From: a virus
Taxonomy: Duplodnaviria > Caudoviricetes
Strand: one strand, 5' to 3'
Length of the DNA: 64,000 nucleotides
IMG/VR virus record: IMGVR_UViG_3300048672_000970
Location: 136,364 to 200,363 of that record
Position numbers and translations under genes: made by a program. Shown piece by piece: positions 36,200 to 44,103 of this stretch (within the stretch, counting starts at the first letter, position 1; every line of letters starts with the position of its first letter). The notes beneath the pieces were generated by a model. That model did not search any database. It was not told the DNA's origin and saw nothing but the letters and a program-made list of their open reading frames with translations.

Positions 36200-36233
36200 T
36201 GATACAATGAGCTTTCTCGTAACTTTTTGAAAG
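36200..36233 (+). promoter_or_regulatory. 34-bp repeated extended -10 promoter element, copy 2
   Basis: tgatacaatgagctttctcgtaactttttgaaag upstream of the M16 peptidase. Confidence 0.7.
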
Positions 36234-36241
36234 GACTACAC

Positions 36242-37564
36242 ATGGCAACTCTATCCATTATTCATCCGCGCTACCATAACATCGAATACTCTGTTATGGA
36301 TTTGCCCGGAACAAACTTCTTCAAGTTTGAAATCCATTCTGAAATGGGTGCTCATATTGAACGGTCTTATCCAAAGACGTTACCGGAACATGAAACCAAG
36401 AACATTTATGGCATTTCTCATTTGATTGAGCATATGTCGTTCAAGAGTCCGGCTGATTACACGACCGACGGGCTGATGGCTAATCTGAAACGGTATGGCA
36501 CTTATAACGCCTGGACAAACTTTGAAGAAGTGGCTTATTACTTTGAAACACTCGCCGACCGAGAAAATGTCATGTGGGCGATTAGTATGGTGTTTAACAT
36601 CGCTTTCAATGATTTGAGCAAAGTTACTCAAGAAGAATTTGAAACTGAACGAAATGTCGTCTATAACGAAATCAAACGTTATCATGATGATGCCCAAACT
36701 ATGTTCAGTTTCAGGTTTTCACCTAATATCTATGGCAACAATGAATTTGACGACATTCTCGGCGACCCGGAAACCCTCATCAAATTCGACCTTGAAACTT
36801 TGCAAGAAGTGAAGCGCATCTTTATTAACGAAGCGCCGCTGACGATGACCATCACCTATGATTCTACACGTATGAATCTGGATGATATTTTCAGCATGAT
36901 TGACGCTGAACGGGAAAAACTGAACCCAATGCATCCGAAGCTGGAGTACACGTATGACATGTACCTAGAAGGCATCAAATCGGTCGAATGGGACTACCGG
37001 ATTAAGCAGGTGGCTTCAGATGCTTCCCAGCACCTTTACATGGCTGCTATCCGCGTTCCTGTGCCTGAGATGTCAGTTCTAGCCCGCGCATGCGCTTCTT
37101 ACATCGGACAATCTGCCCATAACGAAAGTTTGAACGAAATCATTCGTGAACAGCATGGCCTCACCTATGGCATTTCATTCAGTGTTGAAGAAATGACAAA
37201 TAAAGAACTGGCGATGGTTTTCTCATGCGATGTCGAACCTCAGAATGCTGATTTACTCGACACTCTGTTTGTTGATACTCTCCGGGCAGTAGTTGAAAAT
37301 CTGACTGAAGAAAAATTCAACAACTATAAAGAAACTTTGCTGCTGAAAGATACGATGGCTCTTTTGAACCAACGTGCGCTGATGAATCTACACAACTGGC
37401 CTAATAATTGCACTGATTTTGGCAAGTATGAAGAACTGTTCAAGGAAGATGGCATGAAGGGGCGGGAGAAGGTTTTTGCCGAAGTGTTGACTTATCCTAA
37501 ATTCCTGAGTTACTGCCAACGAGTAGTTGCGGGGATGGATAGTATGATTCGCATTCACACTTAA
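36242..37564 (+). CDS. M16 (insulinase/pitrilysin-like) zinc metallopeptidase
   Basis: Inverted zinc motif HLIEH, YNAWT, ETERNVVYNEI; C-terminal IREQHGLTYG; AAGGA RBS before ATG 36242. Confidence 0.9.
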   Translation: MATLSIIHPRYHNIEYSVMDLPGTNFFKFEIHSEMGAHIERSYPKTLPEHETKNIYGISHLIEHMSFKSPADYTTDGLMANLKRYGTYNAWTNFEEVAYYFETLADRENVMWAISMVFNIAFNDLSKVTQEEFETERNVVYNEIKRYHDDAQTMFSFRFSPNIYGNNEFDDILGDPETLIKFDLETLQEVKRIFINEAPLTMTITYDSTRMNLDDIFSMIDAEREKLNPMHPKLEYTYDMYLEGIKSVEWDYRIKQVASDASQHLYMAAIRVPVPEMSVLARACASYIGQSAHNESLNEIIREQHGLTYGISFSVEEMTNKELAMVFSCDVEPQNADLLDTLFVDTLRAVVENLTEEKFNNYKETLLLKDTMALLNQRALMNLHNWPNNCTDFGKYEELFKEDGMKGREKVFAEVLTYPKFLSYCQRVVAGMDSMIRIHT

Positions 37565-37565
37565 C

Positions 37566-37590
37566 AAAGGGGCTTCGGCCCTTTACTTTT
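37566..37590 (+). terminator. Intrinsic terminator (cUUCGg loop)
   Basis: aaagggg-cttcgg-ccctttacttttt. Confidence 0.75.
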
Positions 37591-37592
37591 TG

Positions 37593-37598
37593 TAAATA
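37593..37598 (+). promoter_or_regulatory. T4-type late promoter (TAAATA)
   Basis: After a terminator, upstream of ATG 37616. Confidence 0.7.
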
Positions 37599-37615
37599 CT
37601 GATTTGGACAAGTCT

Positions 37616-38860
37616 ATGAAACTATCACATTTATTTGAATCTACATCCGGGGGAACTGATTGGTCAGAATGCTGGAAAAATCCGACTGGAAATGATGTTT
37701 CATCGTTGATATCGAGCGAATTTGTATTATCAAAAGATGAAGGGTTCCTAGGTCTGCTGTTTGCGCATGTGCAAGATTTGGTGATTAAATTCGATTCGCA
37801 GCGAACCATCAACGGCTGGTCTACGGATACAGTATCACTGAATTCTATTTGCTATGATGGCTCGGATATGGGGCACTTTCTATTCACTCAAACGGAAACA
37901 CTTAAAGGGCTCTACCAACAAAATAAAGAAATTACGGATGAAGAATCGGCAGAAGATTTCCAAGACAAAGTGGAAGACTTTGCCGGCAAAATTATCAAGC
38001 ATCGAATTGAAATTGCCGCAAAGTTATTTGGTATGACGCAGAAACAGTTGTTCGGTAGTTTACCTTCCACCACGGGTGGTCTGTCAAGGAAACTGATGGA
38101 AATGTTCCTGATGCTCCGTGAGCATAAACAGGTGTTAGTTCATGAGTCAGATGAACTGAAAGTGTATAAAATCATGCCAGGACACGCTAAAATCGTAACA
38201 AATATCGTTGAAAAGAAATTTGGCGATAACGTATCTTTCTCTTGGTACGATTTCCGGTCAGAGTTTGGATTTGGCATCTGCATCAATCAGGGTGACGCTG
38301 TTCATACTTATGATTTGAGTAAATCTGAATACATCACTTACACTAAATTCTATACCGTACAGATAAATCACAAACCCAAAATCATGCGTGGTCAATATCA
38401 ATTCAAAACGGTGGCTGATTTGAAAAAGTTCGATAGTGTCCATTGTGAACATGTTGTTGACTTTGCCAAATCTATCAAATCCGATTTCAAGCTGACTGAA
38501 TTTGGTCATCCACGCGGACCAAGTGTATTTCTAGGTCTTGTACCGGACAGTGCCTTCAGCGACTATATCAAACGAATTAGTATTAAGATGGAATCTTACA
38601 CGCTTTCCAGACTTGAAGAACTTGAAGAAAGCCAAGGGTTCAAATTTGATGACATTAACAAAATTGCTGAGTTCTTCGCCGACCGATCACGTAAAACTAA
38701 ATTACTGACCGCCATCAAATCGGTCATCAAATCGGGTAATACTGGAATGTTTGAAAAGGGGCTGAAATCCTTTATGACAGAGCTTGCAGCAAAGCAAGGT
38801 TTTTCTGCGCATGACCTATCATCCGTCAACCACTATATCAATACGTGTTTCGGCTATTAA
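37616..38860 (+). CDS. Paralog array member 8 (tag MKLSHLFES) with an extra C-terminal domain
   Basis: AEDFQDKVEDF...MTQKQLFGSLP...SRK in the first half. Confidence 0.8.
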   Translation: MKLSHLFESTSGGTDWSECWKNPTGNDVSSLISSEFVLSKDEGFLGLLFAHVQDLVIKFDSQRTINGWSTDTVSLNSICYDGSDMGHFLFTQTETLKGLYQQNKEITDEESAEDFQDKVEDFAGKIIKHRIEIAAKLFGMTQKQLFGSLPSTTGGLSRKLMEMFLMLREHKQVLVHESDELKVYKIMPGHAKIVTNIVEKKFGDNVSFSWYDFRSEFGFGICINQGDAVHTYDLSKSEYITYTKFYTVQINHKPKIMRGQYQFKTVADLKKFDSVHCEHVVDFAKSIKSDFKLTEFGHPRGPSVFLGLVPDSAFSDYIKRISIKMESYTLSRLEELEESQGFKFDDINKIAEFFADRSRKTKLLTAIKSVIKSGNTGMFEKGLKSFMTELAAKQGFSAHDLSSVNHYINTCFGY

Positions 38861-38867
38861 GGAATAT

Positions 38868-39563
38868 ATGAAACTGACCAACATATTTGAATCTTCCACC
38901 CCTTCTGCAATCGATTTTATTGAAAAGTTCAATAGCGTCTACAAAGGGAAATCGGTACCAGGGCTGCATACCATGTTCTACGGACTATCTCATAATCCAT
39001 TACAGTGGGGGAATATGCGAATTGATAGATATACCATCCTGTACGATAGTTCATCCCGTGACCAACGACTTTCGCCAGTGCTTAAAGAGCATCTTCCATC
39101 GGGGCATCATATTATCACTGGACATCTGTATGGATTGTTTGAGGCGGTATGTTTCGGCAGCGCGCAGCTTAATAATGCTGCTGCATTCATCGATTTAAGT
39201 AAATCAAATCACATTACAGATATTCCACTTTCAAAATTACATAATGTCTTGTCGGCGCTAGCCCGCCAAATGATAGTCACCCTGGATGAAATGCGAAATG
39301 AAGGCATGCACCCGGATATGGATGATTTGCTTGCTGATGAAGAAGTGAGTGACTGCCTTGATGAAGTGATTGACGTATCAGAGCAAATCTGCCACAATGC
39401 CATTGTGAAACTTGGCATTCCGATGCAAGTAATGTTAGGTGAATACCGACCAATGCAAATTGGCAAATTAGTCAGAGATTATTTCAAATATTGCGGGATG
39501 ATTGATTTGGAAGAAGACGCTGATGCCGCCGATGATAGCGGCGAGTGGGAACCGGAGGATTAA
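38868..39563 (+). CDS. Paralog array member 9 (tag MKLTNIFES)
   Basis: AIDFIE; LLADEEVSDCLDEVI...IPMQVMLGEY; AAGGA RBS before ATG 38868. Confidence 0.8.
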   Translation: MKLTNIFESSTPSAIDFIEKFNSVYKGKSVPGLHTMFYGLSHNPLQWGNMRIDRYTILYDSSSRDQRLSPVLKEHLPSGHHIITGHLYGLFEAVCFGSAQLNNAAAFIDLSKSNHITDIPLSKLHNVLSALARQMIVTLDEMRNEGMHPDMDDLLADEEVSDCLDEVIDVSEQICHNAIVKLGIPMQVMLGEYRPMQIGKLVRDYFKYCGMIDLEEDADAADDSGEWEPED

Positions 39564-39959
39564 ATGAATGTGCATACCATTGCTGATAACTTACCTTGCA
39601 ATTTGATTGACATTGCCAATCAATGTAAAAGTTCGGCTGAGTTTTCGGCAGTGAATGAGCATTTCAATTTGTTATCATCTGGAGGCGACATTAAAGTCCT
39701 TCCAGATGATTTCAGATTCTCAGGTATTCTGGCTCTGATGTCTACTCGCAAATTTCAGAATAGTAACCCTTCGTTAAGTATCAGTCGGCAATTGGATAAA
39801 GATACTGAAGAAGCGGTTGATACATGGCGAGAAAATTTGACCGAGTATTTTATGCGAATGAAGCGGCTCGGGTTCACTCATACTCAGTTGTTCGGAAATC
39901 TGTCGGCAGTTGATTTCAAATACTGGCTGAAAAAACAACAAACGCGCAGCATGCCATAA
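39564..39959 (+). CDS. Paralog array member 10 (short, untagged)
   Basis: NLIDI; DKDTEEAVDTW...FTHTQLFGNLSAVDFK. Confidence 0.7.
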   Translation: MNVHTIADNLPCNLIDIANQCKSSAEFSAVNEHFNLLSSGGDIKVLPDDFRFSGILALMSTRKFQNSNPSLSISRQLDKDTEEAVDTWRENLTEYFMRMKRLGFTHTQLFGNLSAVDFKYWLKKQQTRSMP

Positions 39960-39981
39960 AAACTGATTTACTGGATACACA

Positions 39982-41001
39982 ATGAAACTTACTTCACTAT
40001 TTGAATCGGCAGGTAAAAATTGGGCGGATGCTCATCTTGAACCTGTATTGGCGGATGGCATCAAGCAAGGCGATAAAATAACTTTCGATACTGCCACCGA
40101 CACTGGTTTGATTTATCTGATTGTCAAGTCTTTTGGCGATTTTCAAGCTGTTTACATTGATGACGCCCTGCTGATGGACATTCCAGAGTATGAAAACTTC
40201 TTAACAGAACATAACGAGTTTGATGAATTCTTCACGTTCAGGCATTTCTCTGGTTCAGATGAGGATGATGAACTGATTGAAAATGCTGCTACCGATTTGC
40301 TCAAACTGGCGCGGCGATTGCAAGATGCTATAAACCTTCCACGAGGAAAATATTTTGGTAATTTAGCTCAAACTGTTGGCGCGATTGAGAAATTACTCCG
40401 GGCTGCAATCGTGCAGTATCAGAAAGGTGTCACACTGAAAGTGCAGCATGCCGAAGATGAAAAAATGCATGTTGAACTGTTCAAAGACGGCGACGGGCAG
40501 TTACGACCTAGACTGATGTCCCTCTGTGGATTCTCGGAGGAACAAGCATCAACGGCAGTTAGATTGCTTCGCACTAGATATTTCGTTTCAGCCCGGTCGT
40601 GCAACCTGCTAGTGATTAAGGAAAATATCCCTTACTTTATTATGCTGGGTGGAGTAGCAGCGACTATAGATGTTGTCAGATTGGATGCATCATCTGAGCA
40701 AACTACTTTTGAGTTCTCTGCGGAGAACTATCCCGGTCTTGATAAAATGTTCCCAGGTATCACCACTACTATCAAGAATCTGACTAAAAATGGAGAGTAC
40801 ATAAATAATTACCTGTATTTTGAACATACTACCTTTAATCATTTCCCGATGGTGTTCCTACATGGCGATGTTCTCTCCAGACTGATTATAAATCGTAGCA
40901 TTGATTTGGAAAAACTTAAAGTTGCCATTCCAAAAGCGTATACGCAGGGTGATAAAATCTTCCCGCTGCAAAGGGTGATAAAATCTTCCCGCTGCTGCTA
41001 A
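39982..41001 (+). CDS. Paralog array member 11 (tag MKLTSLFES) with an extra C-terminal domain
   Basis: DEDDELIENAA...LPRGKYFGNLAQTVGAIEK. Confidence 0.8.
   Translation: MKLTSLFESAGKNWADAHLEPVLADGIKQGDKITFDTATDTGLIYLIVKSFGDFQAVYIDDALLMDIPEYENFLTEHNEFDEFFTFRHFSGSDEDDELIENAATDLLKLARRLQDAINLPRGKYFGNLAQTVGAIEKLLRAAIVQYQKGVTLKVQHAEDEKMHVELFKDGDGQLRPRLMSLCGFSEEQASTAVRLLRTRYFVSARSCNLLVIKENIPYFIMLGGVAATIDVVRLDASSEQTTFEFSAENYPGLDKMFPGITTTIKNLTKNGEYINNYLYFEHTTFNHFPMVFLHGDVLSRLIINRSIDLEKLKVAIPKAYTQGDKIFPLQRVIKSSRCC
40946..40995 (+). repeat. 24-bp direct duplication (period 26) at a gene 3' end
   Basis: agggtgataaaatcttcccgctgc at 40946 and 40972. Confidence 0.95.
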
Positions 41002-41079
41002 AACTTGAGTGGCGGACGGAATATAAGTAGAATGGGTAAATCATTCTCGCACCTGCGTTATTAGAATTTGACAGAAACT

Positions 41080-41113
41080 AATGGAGGTTGATAAATACTT
41101 GTCAACCTCCATT
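41080..41113 (+). promoter_or_regulatory. 12-bp hairpin with a late promoter TAAATA (41092-41097) in its loop
   Basis: aatggaggttga / tcaacctccatt followed by ttttt. Confidence 0.75.
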
Positions 41114-41120
41114 TTTCCAT

Positions 41121-43076
41121 TTGGCTCGAAACGAACAAATCAAGCGCGCAGGTACTGAATGTGAATATACACCTGAGCAAGTGCAAGAGTTGCGCAAGTG
41201 TATTACAGACCCTATCTATTTCATTACCAACTATGTCAAGGTATCACACCCCACTAAAGGGCTAGTACCTTTCGCCCTATACGAATACCAAGAGCGACTG
41301 ATTAGGCATTTGCACTCAAGTAGATTCTCGATTCTAAATCTACCTAGACAACAAGGTAAAACAATCACATCAGCCATTTATCTATTCTGGAAGTCACAGT
41401 TTACCAGTAATGGCACATTTCTCATCGCATCAAAAAACGAATCTCACGCGAAAGAGATTGCAGCCAGAATTCGAGTCGCATATGAAAATTTACCAAATTG
41501 GCTGAAAGCGGGTGTCAAACTGTATAACATGCACATGATGGAATTTGACAATGGTTCAAAAATTATCTGTGAAGCAACTACCGATAAAACCGGGCGCGGG
41601 CTTGCTATCACTTGTGTAAGTGGTGATACTGAAATCACCACTCGGCCAAAAGACTGCCCAGAATATCTGCAAGCTGGAACTACCATTCAAATCTCGCAAC
41701 TGGCGTTAGGTAACTTTCCAGATACAGACCAGCTAAAAATTGACATAGCTGAATTAGAAATTCTAACACCATCTGGTTTTGAATCTTTTGATGGCATCGT
41801 CATCACGCCTGACAAGCCGTTACTTGAAATACAATTCAATGATGGGTCACATCTGAAATGCACCCCTAATCATTTACTTTTAGTTGATGGTGTATTCAAA
41901 TCGGCTGACCTGCTAACGCCCGAAGAAAATGTTAACGGATTATATGTAATCAGCATTACTCAACTACCTGGACTACATCCGGTCTACGATTTGATAAACG
42001 TTGCTGACCACCATACTTACAAAACAAATAACGTCTATAGCCATAATTGCATCTATCTTGATGAGCTTGCATTCATCAGTAAAACCATTCAGCAAGAGAT
42101 GTGGACTTCGTTACAACCGGCTATCTCGACTGGTGGGTCAATCATTATTTCTTCTACACCTAACGGAGATACCGACCTTTTCGCTAATCTGTGGCGTGGC
42201 GCTCCAGAAAATGATTTCATGCCATTTTCTACTCATTGGAGTGACCATCCAGATAGAGGGCCAGAGTATTATGATCTGATGCTCAAACAGCTCGGCCCGG
42301 TTAAAGTCCGTCAAGAAGTTGATTGCGAATTTCTATCATCAGACGCATTGCTTATCAATTCAATCGCACTCAATAACATCCGTTCAGTAAAACCTACTTT
42401 CACTTCGTTAGGGTTCGATTTCTGGATTCCTGACAATTCAGTGAAGGGTGAAGGGACGACTTACCTTATCACTCTCGACCCGTCTACCGGTTCATTACAA
42501 GATTCATCAGTTATTGAAGTATTTGAATTCCCTTCGTTGAATCAGGTGGCTGAACTACACCTAGATGATGTTAACATCCCTTTAATCTATTCTAAACTGA
42601 AATGGATTATCAAGTATTTTGCTGTCAATGGGGCAAATGTGTTATGGACGTTTGAACGTAATGGAATTGGCGAAGCAGTTGGCGCATTACATTTCAATGA
42701 CGAGAACTTTGAGTTCCCTGGCTCTGATAACGTCTCAATCGTCTCAGATTTGGACAAGATTGGTTTATTCACTACCCCGGCTAAAAAAATTACGTTCTGT
42801 TTGCAATTGAAACAGTTGGTCGAACAAATGAACGGATTGAACATCCGTTCAGATTATCTGTTGAAAGAACTGAAAAACTTTGTCGCTGCTGGTGGAACCT
42901 ATAAAGGAAAATCTGGATATCATGATGATGCCGTGATGGCAACTGTCCTGACGATGCGATTGCTAAAATATTTGGCAGAGTACGATGAAGCTGCATTCAA
43001 CCAAGTGAACACTTACATTGATGAGGAAGCAAGTATTGACGATTCGGATGCGTGCGTTCCATTCATGATTAGTTAA
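41121..43076 (+). CDS. 17: Terminase large subunit (T4 gp17-like) containing a mini-intein
   Basis: CITDPIYF, Walker A LPRQQGKT, YLDELAF, SSTPNG, nuclease D residues (LDPS, HDDAV). TTG 41121 gives MARNEQIKRAG; TTG 41088 is the alternative start. Confidence 0.95.
   Translation: MARNEQIKRAGTECEYTPEQVQELRKCITDPIYFITNYVKVSHPTKGLVPFALYEYQERLIRHLHSSRFSILNLPRQQGKTITSAIYLFWKSQFTSNGTFLIASKNESHAKEIAARIRVAYENLPNWLKAGVKLYNMHMMEFDNGSKIICEATTDKTGRGLAITCVSGDTEITTRPKDCPEYLQAGTTIQISQLALGNFPDTDQLKIDIAELEILTPSGFESFDGIVITPDKPLLEIQFNDGSHLKCTPNHLLLVDGVFKSADLLTPEENVNGLYVISITQLPGLHPVYDLINVADHHTYKTNNVYSHNCIYLDELAFISKTIQQEMWTSLQPAISTGGSIIISSTPNGDTDLFANLWRGAPENDFMPFSTHWSDHPDRGPEYYDLMLKQLGPVKVRQEVDCEFLSSDALLINSIALNNIRSVKPTFTSLGFDFWIPDNSVKGEGTTYLITLDPSTGSLQDSSVIEVFEFPSLNQVAELHLDDVNIPLIYSKLKWIIKYFAVNGANVLWTFERNGIGEAVGALHFNDENFEFPGSDNVSIVSDLDKIGLFTTPAKKITFCLQLKQLVEQMNGLNIRSDYLLKELKNFVAAGGTYKGKSGYHDDAVMATVLTMRLLKYLAEYDEAAFNQVNTYIDEEASIDDSDACVPFMIS
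41613..42047 (+). mobile_element. Mini-intein (145 aa, no homing endonuclease) in the terminase
   Basis: Starts CVSGDT, block B CTPNHLLLV, block F VYDLINV, ends SHN followed by extein C. Removal restores GRGLAIT-CIYLDE. Confidence 0.92.
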
Positions 43077-43079
43077 ATA
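43074..43079 (+). promoter_or_regulatory. T4-type late promoter (TAAATA)
   Basis: Overlaps the terminase stop, upstream of ATG 43097. Confidence 0.65.
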
Positions 43080-43096
43080 AGTTTTTGGGGTAGGGT

Positions 43097-43585
43097 ATGA
43101 TAGCAAGTCAGAGTATTAAAAACATGATGTGGCGAAGGGGATTTATTCAATCACTTGGTGGGCAAAGTTTATCTCCAGTGGAAACAAAAACCGTTACCAT
43201 TATGATTTTGGGAGGAACCCCTCCAGCTAATCTGGCTACCGCTAAAGCCAATTGGTCGATGTATAACGCCACTACCCCAAATTTATTAGGATTTGTCCAA
43301 GTGACTTTATCTGAAGTTCAATTGGGGAAATATATGGTGGCAACTGATTGGGCGAGAACAGGTATTAACGCCATGAATAATGGTATCGCATCATGGGCAG
43401 TATGTTTTGGTGATTATGGCGATGCGAGTGCAGCATGGAGTGCTGCAACTATCCCTGATACAGTGGCGTTAGCAATGATTTCAGTTTCTGACATCACCGG
43501 CACTGCACCCTTAAGATTACTGACCACCACTTTGCAAAGTGGTGAACCCTTTTTTATCACTGACATGGGATTCATGAACGTATGA
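43097..43585 (+). CDS. Putative virion/tail-fibre-associated protein
   Basis: IMILGGTPP...NGIASW pattern shared with the next gene. Confidence 0.7.
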   Translation: MIASQSIKNMMWRRGFIQSLGGQSLSPVETKTVTIMILGGTPPANLATAKANWSMYNATTPNLLGFVQVTLSEVQLGKYMVATDWARTGINAMNNGIASWAVCFGDYGDASAAWSAATIPDTVALAMISVSDITGTAPLRLLTTTLQSGEPFFITDMGFMNV

Positions 43586-44103
43586 ACAAAGTAGAAATTT
43601 ATTCACCTGAATACAGTTCGTCCATCACCCATTTTAACGGTATCTCCATTGCCATTCCTGGTTTAGAAGAATTACAAGGGCTGTTATCCGGTAATGCAGC
43701 GTCATCGACCAACTACACCTACATCAAAATAATGAAGGGAACGGTGCCAACGTCGTTAGCCGGCTTCAACCTTGATTATCGCGCATCAGATGAGTTGATG
43801 CGGTTTTCAACTGGTCAAGGGCGCATTCCTAGTGGTTCGCAAGATTTCTCGGTATCATTTCCGTCCTGGCATGAAGTTAACATTTCTTCCAATGTCTTAC
43901 CGGCCGTTAACGGAGGGACTGCCACTTGGTTCTTGCTTGAATCGATAAGCAGTGTGGGCAATATTTGCCATCAGTTGATTGGGACGGTTGGCTTGCCAAA
44001 CTCGGGTGCAGACCTTGAGTTATCAAATACTACACTCATTCAAGGGTCTTCATATCACATCGTCAAGTTTTATATCAATTTCAACTATTTTTGGAGCGTG
44101 TAA
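43582..44103 (+). CDS. Putative virion/tail-fibre-associated protein (related to the previous gene)
   Basis: IKIMKGTVP...GGTATWF...GTVGLPNSGADLELSNT. Confidence 0.75.
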   Translation: MNKVEIYSPEYSSSITHFNGISIAIPGLEELQGLLSGNAASSTNYTYIKIMKGTVPTSLAGFNLDYRASDELMRFSTGQGRIPSGSQDFSVSFPSWHEVNISSNVLPAVNGGTATWFLLESISSVGNICHQLIGTVGLPNSGADLELSNTTLIQGSSYHIVKFYINFNYFWSV

